The translations under genes were made by a program, and so were the position numbers. From positions 13,640,001 through 13,704,000 of the forward strand of contig JANJGN010000007.1 in the NCBI GenBank assembly GCA_026770705.1: a stretch of DNA of 64,000 nt, in the 5' to 3' direction. This document shows, piece by piece, positions 25,701-39,500 of the stretch. The notes beneath the pieces are model-generated. The model did not search any database, was not told where the DNA came from, and saw only the letters and a program-made list of their open reading frames with translations. How positions within the stretch are numbered: position 1 is the first letter of the stretch; the number at the start of each line of letters is the position of its first letter. The stretch is from Isurus oxyrinchus (taxonomy: Eukaryota).

Positions 25701-26451
25701 TGTGAGAGAGCTATACTGGTTGTTGCTTCATTACAGCCTCTTAGCTTCACACTATTACAACTGAAGGATGTCTTGAGGCCGTGCAAATGCAGCATAGTTT
25801 ACCAACTACTCATCTTAAACATGTGACTTGGTGCTGGGGAGTCATCTGGATTTGGTTTTACAATGTAGGATTTTGCAAAAATGCAGTGTCTGGGGCTTTC
25901 ATGGCTTTTTGGAAAAAAAAATAGAGGCCTTGATATTGTCCTCCATAGCACCTGTGGAGTGTTCAGTTGCAGACTTTAGAGAGGAAAACTGGGTTGATTT
26001 TCTGCTCCCTTTGTGTTTTTCCTTAGGGTTTACAAGACCAAATGTCAGCCTTGAGCTTTTGTCACCAATAGGTGCAGCACAAGGGGAGCCATGGTGATGA
26101 GGCAAGGAGCAGTGTGGGGTGGAGAGGGGAGTTCCCGACTCTGCCAACTCGCTTTCCTCCATTTTTGCTGGAAGTTTACAGCCAGATACCTGGGTGCCTG
26201 AATCAGAGGTGGTGAGGCAGCCAAGCAGCAAGGCATAGGGAGACTTGAGAAGGCTTAGGACTTTTTCAGCCTCTCTCCAGGTCTTCAGGCCTGGAGGTCC
26301 TCTGGTTCCTTTGTTACTAACAGAAACTGAAAGGCCCCAAGGTGCTCAGTCAGTTCTACAACTGCAAGCCTCTCTGGTCCTCAAGTGCATCCACTGTACA
26401 TTTGAGGCCCCTCTTTGTGGGCCCAAGGCCCTGTGGAGCAGGAGGAGGTGG

Positions 26452-26541
26452 TAGCGGTTGTGGTGGGTGGGGGGGGGGGGGGGGGGGGGGGGGGGGCGGT
26501 TGGGGGGTGGGGGGTGGGGGTGGAGGGTGGGGGTGGGGGGT
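26452..26541 (+). repeat. Poly-G / (GGGGGT)n tract
   Basis: Direct inspection. Confidence 0.95.
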
Positions 26542-26787
26542 AGTGCTACTGGCATGGCCATGCAAATTTCCTGGCCTACCAAATTCAGAAATGATGAAAC
26601 CTGGATAGGGAGAGGATACCAGAGCCTGAGAGAAGTGGATTACAGAGGCCCTCCTTTCTGTTCTCTATAGATTTTGGGAAAATACAGTTTCTGAGTCTAT
26701 ACACAATTCAGCTTCATGTATCTCAGCTTTCTCTCTGTTAGTCTATTTTACTTACCCACAGTACAGTTAAGTCACTGTATTTCCGGT

Positions 26788-26860
26788 ATTAAAAACTGAA
26801 ATAAATCCAATGACGAGTCATTGTCTTGTTTCAGTGTGCGTTGGGTGCTATTGTTTCATT
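26788..26860 (+). terminator. Candidate polyadenylation site of the C3orf18 homologue
   Basis: ATTAAA at 26788 and AATAAA at 26800-26805, followed by a GT/T-rich tract (ttgtcttgtttcagtgtgcgttggg) in non-repeat sequence. Confidence 0.45.
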
Positions 26861-27142
26861 TACAGTTCCGTGTGATATCAGGTATGTCCTTGGTCGCAAA
26901 GTTACAGCTTAGTTCAACGGAAGCTAATTTCTGCTATGTTAAAGACAGCTCTCCTGTGCACAAGCCTCCAACAGAATCATTTTATTCAGAATGCATGTGA
27001 TACAATAACACAAGTCTTGTAATCCATTTAGAGAGTCAGAATCATTAGGGCACAGAAGGAGGTCATTCAACTCGTTGAGTTCATGTCCATTTATAATACA
27101 TTTCATCATCGGAGGCCTATCCTGTATTGTTGATCCCAGAAC

Positions 27143-27526
27143 TGGTTTGCCAACTCTCCAGAATTGCCCAGAAGGGTCCAGGAATTGAAGATTAATTTCC
27201 AGGACACAGCAGTGAACAAACCCTGAAACAAAGCTATTGGAGCATTAAAAATGACTTCTTTCATTTTCTGTGAACACTTCTGCCAATTAGTAACACATAT
27301 TTTGGGGACGGGGGGAGGGGGTGCAAATACAGACTGTTTGACTGAGCTTCAAGAGACATCTAATTGACTAATGAAGAGTGTCGTCTGCACCAGTTGCCAA
27401 GCAAGCAATGCGCCATGAGGATGGACATGTTGGTGACCAATGGCAGGAGTGTGGGTCAGGGCAGTTAGACATAGGAGGTCATTTGATGAAATCGCTGGAA
27501 AATTGCCCAGCTAGATTGGTAACTCT
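27143..27526. mobile_element. MITE, GGTTGCCAAC family
   Basis: Termini and interior similar to 11615-11840. Confidence 0.65.
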
Positions 27527-27684
27527 GCCAGAGGCAGGTACTGTAAACTCATCAGGCCTACTATGTGATTTATGAATCCTCAGCTCACTCGTCTGGACCT
27601 GTAATGTGATTGTCATGGCTTATCTGTGTCCAGAATGACACAAACTGAATTTCAGGTGATAACCGTAACATCAAGCTCAATGTT

Positions 27685-28060
27685 AGCTTGTCTCAGTCAG
27701 TAGCAATCTTGCCTCTGATCCTGAAGTTCATATAGATAATCCTCACTCCCAGACCTCAGCACGTAATCCACAATGATATCTCTGTGCAGCGGTTAGGGAG
27801 TGCTACACTGTTGGAGGTGTGATCTCTTGGGTGAGACGTTAAACTGAAGCCCTGTCTGTGCTCAGTGAATGATCCCATGGGACTGTCCGTGAAAGAACAG
27901 GGCATTGTACAGCTGCCTTGGCCAACATTCTTCCTTCAAGCAATTCGTCCAGAAACAGTTTAGTTGGTTATATGCTGAGTGCGTTAATGATGCCTGCATT
28001 TATTCACTTGGCACTCACTGCATTTCAAAGTAATTCACTGGCTCCTTGTTCCCCTGGGAG
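27685..28060 (+). mobile_element. Old degenerate tRNA-derived SINE
   Basis: Diverged match to the 21845 and 55960 copies. Confidence 0.6.
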
Positions 28061-28079
28061 ATGATTTTCTTTGTCTAAA

Positions 28080-28640
28080 GCATGCTGGCTTGGAAATTCC
28101 ATACAGGAGCACATAGTCTCTTGGCATAACTCGCGGAGAAATGGCGTAGACGGCGGAGTGCTTTGGTCTTCTTAGGGTGTATGGAGAGGACATTGTTGCT
28201 CATCCAAGACTGGGTATCAAAAAAAAGAGTCTGACAGTACAGAGGAAATGGAGGGTTGTGATGTTTGTTCGAGATGCAGAGTTGGGAGTTATCAATGTAT
28301 ATATGGAAGCTAACCATATGCTTGCAAATGGTGTCATGAAGGGGCAAGAAACTGAAAAGGAATATGATTAGGGGCAATGATAGAGGAGGTCCTTTGGGGA
28401 CTCTGAAGATGGCACCACAGAGCGGGCGGGTTAGCAGGAAGAGATACTCTGGCTGCGATTGGATAGGTGAGAGGAACTAAGCGAAGGCAGTCCTACCTGA
28501 ACTAGACAACAAAGTAGAGGTGTTGGAAGAGGATAGTGTAGGTAACCATGGGAAAGGCTGGGCAGCGCTGTCGAGGAGGATGAGGAGGGATAGTGCATCA
28601 GCATCATAATCACAGAGATTGTATGTAACTTTCAGCGGCC
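28080..28640 (-). mobile_element. L2-like LINE reverse transcriptase fragment
   Basis: LPLHDTICKH.VSFHIYIDNSQL (decayed YADD) and WMSNN.L.I.PKKT. Confidence 0.75.
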
Positions 28641-28664
28641 GGAACCTGTGTACAACAACTTAGA

Positions 28665-29255
28665 TTCGGAGAAAGATGCAGCACAGAAGGAGGCCACTTG
28701 GCTCATTGTGCCTGTGCAAGCACTTTGATAGAGCCACCCAGTTAGTCCCACTTCGCTGCTCTTTCCCCATGCTCTGCAAATTTTTCTTCTTCAAGTGTCC
28801 AGTTCCTTTTCGAAAGTTATATACTGAAGGATATAAATATCCTGAAGCTGCTTCACCACCCTTTCAGACACTGCATTCCAGTTGTAATGAATGACTGACT
28901 CGCTGTGTAAAGACATTTTTCCTCATGTTGTCTCTGGTTCTTTTTCCAATTACCCTAAATTTGTTTCCTCTGGTTACCGACTTTCTTGCCGATGGAAATG
29001 GTTTTACCTTGGCATGCCATCAAAGTCCTTCATGGTTTCCAACACCTCTATCAACTCTCCCCTTAACCTCCTCAGCTCTGAGGAGGACAACCCTAGAGTT
29101 TCTCTAGTCTCGACACATAAATGAAGTCTGTCAGCCCTGCCACCATTCTGGTGAACCTTCTGTGCACTGCCTCTGAGGCCTTGACACCCTTCCTAAAGCG
29201 TGCGGCAAGAACTGGCCACAATTCTCCAGTTGGAGCTGAACCACTGTTTTACAAA
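28665..29255 (-). mobile_element. CR1 LINE 3' fragment
   Basis: Degenerate match to the other CR1 3' ends. Confidence 0.75.
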
Positions 29256-29349
29256 GAGTGTCTTAAGACGCAGCAGCGTAGTTGCTCAACTGCAGCTGAT
29301 TGCTTCTCAGGTCGCTTTTTAACTAACACAGAGAAATGTGTGAAATGAA

Positions 29350-29544
29350 ACAGGTTCAGGCAATTGCTTAAGTTACACGTTTAATGGAAAAAAAAAATCA
29401 AACATTAATCTCACATTGACACATCTACTTCTTCCTTTGTTAAGAGGTAAAAATCTCCAACATTTTTAAAAGGTGAAGACCCTATAAGTTGAAGAAAAAA
29501 AACAACAGAGGATGCTCTACAATACAAAGAAATATAGTTTTATT
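29350..29544 (-). terminator. Candidate polyadenylation region of the minus-strand gene
   Basis: Minus-strand AATAAA (29539-29544) and ATTAAA (29380-29385), preceded by U-rich runs and followed by a T/GT-rich tract. Confidence 0.45.
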
Positions 29545-29729
29545 AGACTATGTATAGATAAAATCAGAAAAAAAGACTTAAAAAAACTTAACTTCTAAAT
29601 CATACACTGCAGAGGAACAGACATACAAAATTATCTCCCAATATATATATCTCAATTCTAATGTTGTTCCATCTAATTCAGTGCATTTCGTAATTATTCC
29701 ATTGTTTACTTCTGAGACATTGTGGTTGC

Positions 29730-29780
29730 TGAGGTAATTCGAGGACTGGTAATAAAAAAAAAGCGTCACCTCAGAGGTAG
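29730..29780 (-). promoter_or_regulatory. Pair of let-7 7mer target sites
   Basis: Plus strand TGAGGTA at 29730-29736 and GAGGTAG at 29774-29780, within an AT-rich UTR-like block. Confidence 0.4.
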
Positions 29781-30249
29781 TAAACAGATACTGCACATGA
29801 CGCAAGAGTGGGTTATGAAGGAGGCCCATTTTCACACAGAATGGAAGGTAATGCTCAACCAGGTTTCAGGAGTTTCAAGTTTAAGCCTGTTCTGAGCAGG
29901 TTGACTCTTGAGTTGTTTTAACGAAAATGGAAATAGTTACATTTTGAAGAGGTGCATTCCGTTTATTGGTTCCTCTCGTCAGGTTTTCCTAACCGGGAAA
30001 GCCATTATCATGAGAACGTGGTTTGGTATCGGGGAAAATTGATATCCTGTGTTCAGCTCAATGGTGTGCTCAGTAAAGTCTATGTTTCCCCATCGCGCAC
30101 GCGTATACACCTTCCATTCCTTTCTCTTGCTAATCTTTCCTCTCCATAGTCAGCAGGTTAGGGTCTAAGCTGGTTGACTCTGCCTTGTTTGACAAGTGTT
30201 GGAACTTCCTTTCCTGCACTTTGCATTGCGGTTACACAACGACATCTTG

Positions 30250-30800
30250 CCTTTATATAGCACTGATAACACAGTGAAACGTCCCAAGGCACCTCACAGG
30301 AGTGTTATCAGATAAAATTTGACACCAAGCTACGTAAAGTGATAGTCCAAAGAGGTAGGTTTTAGGGAGTGTCTTTAATGAGGAGAGAGAGGTGGAGAGA
30401 TTAAGGGAGGTGATCTCACGGTTTAGTGCCCATGCAGCTGAAAGCATTGCTACCAATGCTGATGAGACTAAAATTGGAAATGCGCAAGAGACCAGAACTG
30501 GAGCATTGCAGAAATCTTGAAGGGTTTTGGGGTTGGAGGAGATTACAGAGGTAGGGAGGGGCAAGGCCATGGAGAGATTTGGAAACATGGGTGAGGATTT
30601 TAAAATCAAGGCATTGTTTAGCTGGGAGCTTAGGACATGAGCAGCAGAATTTCGGATGCCCTCGATTTACAGTGGTTAGAACATGTGAGGTCAGACAGGA
30701 GTGCATTGGGATAGTCAATCTGGAAGGCATGGATAGGAGTTTCAGCAGTAGATGGCCTGAGGCAGACATGGAGTTGGAGGTGGAAAGTGGGACTAAGCGG
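30250..30800 (-). mobile_element. L2-like LINE 3' end
   Basis: DFKIL..VSKSLHGLAPPYLCNLLQP; tail ends gtgctatataaa. Confidence 0.85.
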
Positions 30801-31234
30801 TTTTAGTGATCGACCAGTTGACTCAAATCCCCCACACCTCAGCGAGCTGCCTTATTTATCCTGTCCTGCAAAGCATGGAAGATTTATGGTCATTGATACC
30901 TCCTCCACCATGCATGGAACCACAGCGTGCCTTGGTCTAGCAGCCTTGATGTTCTGCACTAGTTATTGCCTGTGTTCCCTATTCCTGTAATGTGAAGAAT
31001 TGAGCTGCCTGGTAAGCTTGACCTCACATCTACCTCTGATAATGACAGCTGTTGGGCAATGGCACAGCAAACTCTCTCCTCTGAATCCCTCACTGCCACT
31101 CAGCGCTTCCAGTGATGGGTTTTGGCAAAAAAAAAGGGGGACTAATGCAAGGGCATTAACCAGTGTCTGCCATGATGCAACGTGCAGCTACACTATGATA
31201 AACCAGTGTTACCTTACGTTAATTGAATTATGTA

Positions 31235-31450
31235 CAATCATATAGCACAGAAGGAGGCCATTTGGCCCATCATGTCTGTGCTGGCTCTTTGAAAGTGCTA
31301 TCTTGCCCCCCTCCAACTCTTTTTCCGCAGCCCTGCAAATAATTTTCATTTTCAAACATTTATCCAATTCCCTTTTGCTATTGAATCTGCCTCCACCGCC
31401 CTTTCAGGCAGTGCATTCCTACAGGTCAGAACAGATTACTGTGTAAACAA
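31235..31450 (-). mobile_element. CR1 LINE 3' tail
   Basis: gcacagaaggaggccatttggccc...ccctttcaggcagtgcattcc. Confidence 0.75.
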
Positions 31451-32455
31451 AAAAGTAAATGATTGCCAAGAGGTTCAGGTAGCTTTGATTAATTGCATAA
31501 AGATGGCAATTTTGTTTTCACATATATTTGGCAACCCATCATCCTGTTTAAGACTCCCTCACTGAGCAGTCTGGGCCAACCTGCGGGGTGCTTAGGCACA
31601 CTCTTGTAAAGATTTCGCATGAGTCCTTGGTGACACTCTACCCCCACACAGTGTGTGTGGAGCGGAAAGTTGGGCCTGTACTCAGGCTGCACGTGTACAA
31701 TAACACATTTCAGAGGCAGCCCTCAGTGGTTTTGAATCCCCCCCCACAATCCACAAGGCCTATGGGGTGGTGGGGGCACCAAAATAAAGCTACTGAGAAA
31801 CCCATGAGGAGCTCTTTCCGGATGAGGTCCACTCTGCTGGCAATTCTAAGCTATTTCCCTGTTAGGAAACTGATGGAATCGCTATGTGCAACATGCTTTT
31901 TACACCTGAGATTTTACTCTCCATTCAAGTTAATGAAGAGCAAACCTGTACAGGCTATAAAACCATGGTTCCACACGATCCCTGGATCTCTCACTTTCAG
32001 GTAAACTCAGGTAAAATTGCCCCCTCTGTCCCCCATTCACCTCTGTCAAGATAGCAGGTAGGCTAACCAGTAAAACTTGGAAATGAAGAGTACCAGTAAA
32101 TCTTGTTCGATCTGGTCTAGTACACCTTCAAATGTAACTCCAGTATTACTGGTTCCGGTATTACTGATTTTTACTGGAATTTGATTGTTTTGAATTGGTT
32201 TTTCCTTCTGGCAGCCAAACAAAATCTATTGTATAAGATCGGAATCAGCTCGCTCCTCAACCTTTCTTTCTGCAGTTTTCTAAATGTTACCACTTTTCTT
32301 TACAGACATTAGGTTTTTACTTTTTAATCGCCAGTGACACAGGCACTGGACATGATTCCCTCACACTCAGAGTTAGTGGTAACAGACCTGGCATGAACTT
32401 TAAGGGTTTGTAAGCCTGAGGCCTATCAGAGACTATCACAAGAGAGGAATCACAC

Positions 32456-32469
32456 TGGGGGGGTCGGGG

Positions 32470-32500
<31 letters not shown>
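32456..32500 (+). repeat. Poly-G tract
   Basis: Direct inspection. Confidence 0.95.
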
Positions 32501-32503
<3 letters not shown>

Positions 32504-34339
32504 AGCCTAAGCCATTAGGGGGACTGTGAAAAAGAAGTGAGGAGACAACCCCACATTCTCGCTAAGCAAGAGGTGTAGCCAGTCGAGAAGGGAGAAAAGG
32601 GTGAGGGCCAAAGCCATCCATTGGTCAACGCGTGCAATGGCTTTATAATCAATTCCCGGCTGAAAACCTGACTGAGAGGAAAATGCATGCAAAATAGCAC
32701 ATTTCTTAAAGCTTCAAACGCACCCTTGCTATTCAGTAAGAGGAAACAATGCATATATAATATCCCTGTATGTTGGCTGAGCATCGCCCTTTTAAGTAAA
32801 ATCACAGAGCTAGCACACAATTTGCTGTTATATTAATAGAAGTTAGGGAACCCAGCAGTGGCGGGACTTCCATCCTCTGCACTGCCCATGAGCTGACATC
32901 AGTTAGCGTTTCTCGTTAGCTAACTGTCTGCGGTTGGCCCTGAATGCTGCACCTGCACTGCACTCAAACATAGCTCCAGGAAGTGAAGGTTGAAGAACTG
33001 ATGAGCTGCTGCTTCCACATTCTCACACGGTCAGATGAGAAAGAAACAGTGGAGAAGACTGGAAAGTGAGCCAAATCTCAGCTCCCACGTTGGCCTGCAC
33101 AGTGGGAAAAGCCCTCCCCGCAACAGGAAATTGCCCCTCAATTTCTTTGGTGCAGGAAGGCTGATTCTCCCCATTTCTTCTCTTTCAACCCAAAGGAAAG
33201 GCAGCCTCAACCCTAACCATCGCAATGGGATTGGCAGTCAGTTCTTATCAGCCTGATGCCTTTTTGACTGTGCAGATCTAAGCAGTGCGCTGGTTCTCAA
33301 CGGTTTGCTGGAGGCCCAACAAGGGCTCCATGTATCCTGGAAAGATAGGGAAATAACCAAGAAGTGCCCAGATAGTTCTCATATGGGAAAAGCCTTTGAT
33401 GTGTAGAAGACCCTGCTGGGTTCATGCCAACTTTGAACCCATTTCCCACCCAGTAAAATGTGGCCATCGTGTGCTAGCTTGCCATTTTGAACAAAAATGA
33501 GAATAATACTCCTGTGCTCTATCTCAGCTAGGCCATGAGCACTTCAGTAAAATTAGAGAGCGGAGTGAGGTGATTTGAAACCATTTCTTCACCATCAATT
33601 TCTCACATTGTGGCAGGTCATTGTACACATCCATGTGCTTGTTTGTCAAGCCCTGCTTTTCAAAGCAAGGAATCGATAATACAATCGGTGTCTGGATCCA
33701 TTTCCAATCATTTGCGATCTGAGGGATGCTCAGACCAATTACCTTTCATTTTAATCCAGCCCAAATGGGGTCAACTTGGCAAATTTAGTTTTTGTTCAAT
33801 AAAACCGAGCAAATCTCAACGGCAAACTGGTTGGGCATGTGGAGTAGAGCAGGGGTGCCAAATTAAAGGTTACGCCACATCCAGGAGGCGATGACAATTT
33901 GCGGGTTCGAGCTTTCCCAACTTGGTTTAACCAAGTAAGCTCACTTGGCACGACTGAAACAGGGCCAGAGAGGACAAGGTCAATTTATACAAGCCAAGAT
34001 TAAACAATGCCAATTTATGGTTCATTCTTTTGCTGATGGGACTTATTCAGGTTAGGAATCCCAATACCTTTAGCATCCAGTCTCAGTCCAAAGTGCTCCA
34101 AGGTCAACTAAAGCACAAGCAGAAGGGTTTGTCTACAATGCACTTCAACCACAATCTTAGAAGAACACTCCACATTACACCAGTCTGGTGTTTCCAATTC
34201 TCCCACTTGGAATCCCCATAGCCTCATTAAACTTGGCGGCAAATCCCAGGTGGCTTTCTGCACCACGGGAACTCTTTTGAGACTGCACCAAACTCTCCCC
34301 TCGATTGGCGGGAGAGACCATTTCAACGTAAGAGACAGA

Positions 34340-34471
34340 GGCCGGGATTTTCCAGCCCGGCTGTGGTGGGGGATCCACCGCAGGAAATCCGACGGCCCAG
34401 CCAGAAGTCCATTGACTTGCGGCGAGAACCGAACGATCCTGGGCGGCGGGCGGGGCTGGAAAATCCCTCCC
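34340..34471. mobile_element. Short CpG-rich Harbinger-type MITE
   Basis: GGCCGGGATTTTCCAGCCC...GGGCTGGAAAATCCCTCCC termini. Confidence 0.8.
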
Positions 34472-35315
34472 AGGGGAAGACGGTCATTCCATCAGCCTGG
34501 ACCGGCATAAGACCCAGATTTTTGCAGATGAAAGGATTGTTTCTCGTCCAATCCGCCACCAGTAATCTCAGTCGAAGTGGAGGAGAGGTGAGCCAATTTT
34601 TCAACAGAGAGTCAGCATGGCCTAGCAAAGATAAATGGCAGAGATAGTAAGTGAAACACTCCTCACTGGGCAACAGCGACAAAATGTAACCCAGCTTGGT
34701 GGTGTTGCTCTGTTTTTTTTTTATCGTGTCAGTAACACAAATACAGAAATCTGATGAGGTGGAGGCAGTAGTACAGACGTATTTTCCAGTAAGTAGCCAT
34801 GCCTTCAATGTGCTTCCTTAGACGTTGCCACTTTGGTTTCTGATCAAAAGAAAAACACAACAGTAGCTGCAAAAAAACATAAATGCAGTGTTATGTCAAA
34901 GACAAGCAAGTATCCATCCCATCAAGCTTTGGTTTGACTCAAGTTTTTGTTGTATAAAAACAGCTCCAGGCAAATAAAGAGTTTCCAACAAAACAGAACA
35001 CAATTTAACTGTTAGACAGGAGGAGTCACGAACCACAGCTGGATTCTTTAAGCTGATGCTTTGCCTCCCAGTTGATGATGAGTTATATCTGTTCACAAGG
35101 GGTGTTGTGCTCTCCTTCCCCAACATGGAACACTCTTGCTGAGTTGGCCCAGTGCATGAGACTGACTGATAACAGTGAGCCCAGTAAATCGTCCTGTGTA
35201 CAAGGACAGAACTCAACAACATTCTTCAAGCTGGGAGGGGGGTGGTGCAGGAGGGAGATAATATTTCTTTTCTTCAAAATTTAGCATATGGTATTCCCAC
35301 TTTTTACCATTCAGT

Positions 35316-35428
35316 GGCCGGGCTTTTCCGGCCCTGGTCCCGCGGGGGCCCAGCCAAAAGCCCAATGACCTTCGGCAGGACTGGACAATCCTGGCGGCCG
35401 TCGGGGCCGGGACCGGAAAATCCCGCCC
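35316..35428. mobile_element. Short CpG-rich Harbinger-type MITE
   Basis: GGCCGGGCTTTTCCGG...CCGGAAAATCCCGCCC, flanked by 3-bp AGT on both sides; related to the 34340 copy. Confidence 0.8.
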
Positions 35429-35719
35429 AGTGTAGTGCCACAAAATACACTTCGTCTGTGAAAGAAATGAGGAAAGGGTTGGCTAGTGGGGGGTCTTGGG
35501 GAGCTGGTGGGGCTGATTGGATAGCTCTTTCAAAGAGGTAGCACAAGCGTGACAGGCCAAATGGTCTCTTTACGCGTTGCGTGATTCTGTGACAAACTCT
35601 ATGATGAGGCGTGGCTGCCCTTTGTGGAGATTCATCAGGGCGTTTGATGGATTACTGATGGGAGGGTTCTGTTATACGTAAAAAAGATAGAGATTGCCTG
35701 GGTGGTTACCCTGATGCAC

Positions 35720-35870
35720 AACCTGTGACCCAGCGATAGTGAAGGAACGGCAAAATATTTCCAAGTCAGGGTAGTGAGTGGTTTGGAGGGGAACGTCCAG
35801 GTGGTGGTGTTCCCATCTGTCTGCTGCCCTTGTCCTGCTGTCCACAGTTGTGGCTTGAAATTGTGGGGCC
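35720..35870 (-). mobile_element. CR1-group LINE fragment
   Basis: gacccagcgatagtgaaggaacggc, shared with the 11865 family. Confidence 0.7.
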
Positions 35871-36279
35871 CACATCATTTGTATCTCAGAAGGTGGGAGA
35901 AGTTTATCTTCTTCCTCTCCCTTTTCTAAATCTGTTTTGCTTGAGTGACATGTCTTTCTATTTTCTGCCTGTACAATAGAGGACGACTATTCTCAGCTCC
36001 CCTGTGTGGGAGGGGAAAGGAACCTGGTGTCCCTGATGTACTCCTTGTTCTGTGACCCTGGATTCCTATTGATGTTAAAAAGTCTGTGCTGCCTACTCAA
36101 GTCAAGCCTTTTTTTCCTGAAGCTGGTGACTCCATAGGGGTAGCAGTTCCATGGGCACTTACAGAGCCAGGGTAGATGGATAGAGTTAAGGTACAGACCA
36201 GCCTTGATCTCATTAACAGGCTGGAGGGGCTACTCCTGTTCCTATGTTCTCCAGCATCCACAATTAAAGTCTCACTCAC

Positions 36280-36590
36280 TTTTCCAGAGCCACTTTATCT
36301 GATTCAGGGTCGCAGGGAGTTGAAGCCTATCCTGACAGGCAATGGGCACCAGGCGGGTACACCAAGGATTGGACACCAGTCCATCACAGGGCACACACAC
36401 AGGGCAACAATTTACTGTTGCCAATCCACCCAACCAGCACATCTTTAGACGGTGGAAGGAAACCAGAGAGACAGCAGAAACCCACGCAGACACAGGGAGG
36501 ACATGTAAACTCCACACAGACAGACACCCAAGGTCAGGATTGAACCCAGGTCCCCTGGAGCTGTGGGGCAGCAGCCACCATGCCGCCTCA
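36280..36590 (-). mobile_element. V-SINE-like element
   Basis: Minus strand: tRNA head (gggttcaatcc), V-domain gtgtggagtttacatgtcctccctgtgtctgcgtgggtttc, short (TG)n, tail gccctgtgatggactgg...gcgaccctgaatcagataaagtgg. Confidence 0.8.
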
Positions 36591-39500
36591 TAATGTCTGA
36601 GTCTCCGTGTCAAAATGAGTCTGTGACATCCGCCATTAAGACTCGGCCAAGAGCTTTAATTGAACATCTTTCTTACTCATAATCACCCGTTGGTTTTGTT
36701 TAGCTATCTGAAAACCATTATACCCTTACCTTGGCAGAAAATACTGGGCAGTGACCAGTCATGGGAGCCCTGCCCATTTTCCTCATCTTATCCCAGGGAT
36801 GCTAAAGCTAACTCCTTCACTTCACGACCCCACAACCCAGGCTGACGTCAATTCGCAGCAGGGACGAGGGTTGAAATCTGGCAACGTTCCTCGTCTGGAG
36901 GGAGCAGTCACTCACTGGCTAAATTCACGGAGTCACCGGGGGAAGGCAGCAAAATAATTTGTAATTGGTGACTGACAATCTATTATAATGGATCCTTCCT
37001 CTTGTTCCCCACGCAAACCAAATGTCCCGTTGGAATTGGACCACAGCAGCTTTCTCAATGTTGGAAATTTTTCCAATGAGTCTGGGATAACTTCACCACA
37101 CTGAAAAGCTTCAGTAGTCATTAATCTTGTTTACACTCATCATAAAAAAATGTCCGGCTCTAGTTACAACTCGCTTCTCGAGTTAGGGGAAAAGCAGAAG
37201 TTCCTTCCTTACGTGTGCGAGTAGCTCACCAGAGCAATTTCACACTCTCATATTCACATCATTCACCAGTGTGGGTGATTGTTGTGAGTTCCAGTTGCTT
37301 CTCTTCCAGTTTTCTCCCTTTCTCTGGCACCTTCATGTCTCTGATGCCTCACAACAATGTCAGTGACTGACTCAACAATGGTCGAGGCACTAAAACCGAG
37401 CATGATTCCCAAAGGGACCTCTGGATGATAATCAGGAGTTGGAATCCTGGCAGAAAAATCCTTTCCTTCACCTGGCACGCCGAGATCAATCGCAGCACCT
37501 TCACCGTCAGATCAACTGGGATCCGCCGACCAGGGGTATTACCTGGGACCTCTTTGGCCTGAAAGACTGGGTGCCACATGGGGCGTCTGCCCTATCAGGC
37601 CATCAGTGGGGTGACAGTAAACAAAGAGGAGTGGAATATGGGTTTGGCAGCCAGATGGGAGAGAGAAGTGTCAGAATAGGCTTAGTATGTGGACCAGAAA
37701 AATGGTGGTGGTGGTTGGGGGGGGGGGGGGGTGGGGGGTGCAGGGGGAGTGGGGGGTGGGCCTAATCCTTTCTCATTCCTATGGGCGAAGTTGGCACCTT
37801 GCAAGTTTTTGGGGAATTGTTTTGTGCTGAGGACTTTGCAAACACCCAGCTGGAGCCAAACTGCCAGAAATATTTTGACACCGACAACACTTGGGGCAGG
37901 TCCTTTGAAGTTCATCAAATTCTAAATGCATCTTCCCTCACATTCGTCACCCGCCCTCAGTTTCCTCAAGAAGAAGTGAAAAGCCGCTTCTGTGGCATCC
38001 AGTTCCTGAGAAACACAGCCACACTCTAATCGCATGAACAAATATAACTACTTAGGAGATATCGCCTTTCGAGGGAGAAGCATCCACCAGCTTAAAGTCA
38101 AGGTGTGGTTTCACAATTATCCCCTCTTTCAAGCATAAAATGGACAAAACCACTTGCAACAATTTTCTGATATGTTTGCAGTGTTCTGCCATACATGAAC
38201 CATACAGAATAATTGACTGCAATAGTCTTCAATTCTTTAAAGCACAGTCACAATTGTCCAGTATATGTGACAAAATATTCAAAGAGAAAAAAAAATAACA
38301 GGATTACAAGCCATAAACAAAGGTATAAAGACCCTCAAGCACATCTTCCCCACACCCCCTCCCTCCACCTCCCCCGCCAACCCCCACCCCCACCAACCCC
38401 CCCCCTCTATAGCTGAAGGCTCCTAACCTTATGACGAAGTTTCCATTTAAAATGGTGGCAACACAATTCCTTAATTCGGGCTGCCCTACACAGAGTTACA
38501 TACAAGCTCGGCCCAGTCCTGGATTTCAGCCAGCTTGATATGAGGAGGGGCTTTAACATGAGGTCCCTCACTGTTGTGCTGATGAGGGGGAAATGGAGTT
38601 TTGTTTTCAAAAAGGAACCCGTCTTAAAGGAGCCACCAGACTGTACGTGGAATGTGTGTCATGTATCTCATTGTCTTCCTTCATCTTCATCTCAGTATGG
38701 GGGCCTTCTCCTAAAGACCTTGCTGGGGTATGCCCCTATCAGGAGTTGGGTTTTATGAGCACGGTGAATGAGCCTGTGACAAAGATATTTAACTAAAGTG
38801 AGCCGCATTTATTTACAGAAGGAGACACATCCAACTGGCTGATGTGTCAAGCCGTCTTCATTTTGGATAAGCTAGGGATTTTGGGCCTCACCCTTTGCCC
38901 CCAAGTGACAGGAGACTTGGTATTGAACGACAATGGGATTCGTTCCTCTTTTTTAAAGGAGGGAAAAGCAATTGGCCAATGAGTAAAATCAATTGGTTAA
39001 AATGGAAAAAAAATCCAGGTCAAGGGGAAGTCACAGGTTGATTCAAGGTGTAAAACTCATTCTCACCTCCATCACCCCCATGAAACTAATTTTCCCTCTA
39101 TCCAAGAATGTTTATAGAATCACAAGCGGTTTCCCTCAGAGTGGTGTGGTCTGGAGATAGTCAGTTTGGGAATCAGTAAGGTTATCAATTCTATTTGGGA
39201 TTATCTAACAGGATGTTACCAAGGTCTTCAGTGGCCAAGGGTCAATGGAATAGTGCTCTATGTACCTTTACACAGGAACTGGAGGAGGCCACTCAGTCTC
39301 TTTGGATATGGTGCTGGTGAAGCAGATGGGAGAATTAATAGGCTGCGATGCACAGTGAAAAGCAGCGGGTATTTTCTCACCATTTCTCACCTGTCAGGTC
39401 CCGCATTCAGCTTGGGCTGTCATTGGAGACCAATGCAGAGGGTAATTGCTCCAGTGAAAGGGTTGGACAAGGAAGTCAGGGAGCAGGTCAGCCTGTGCCT

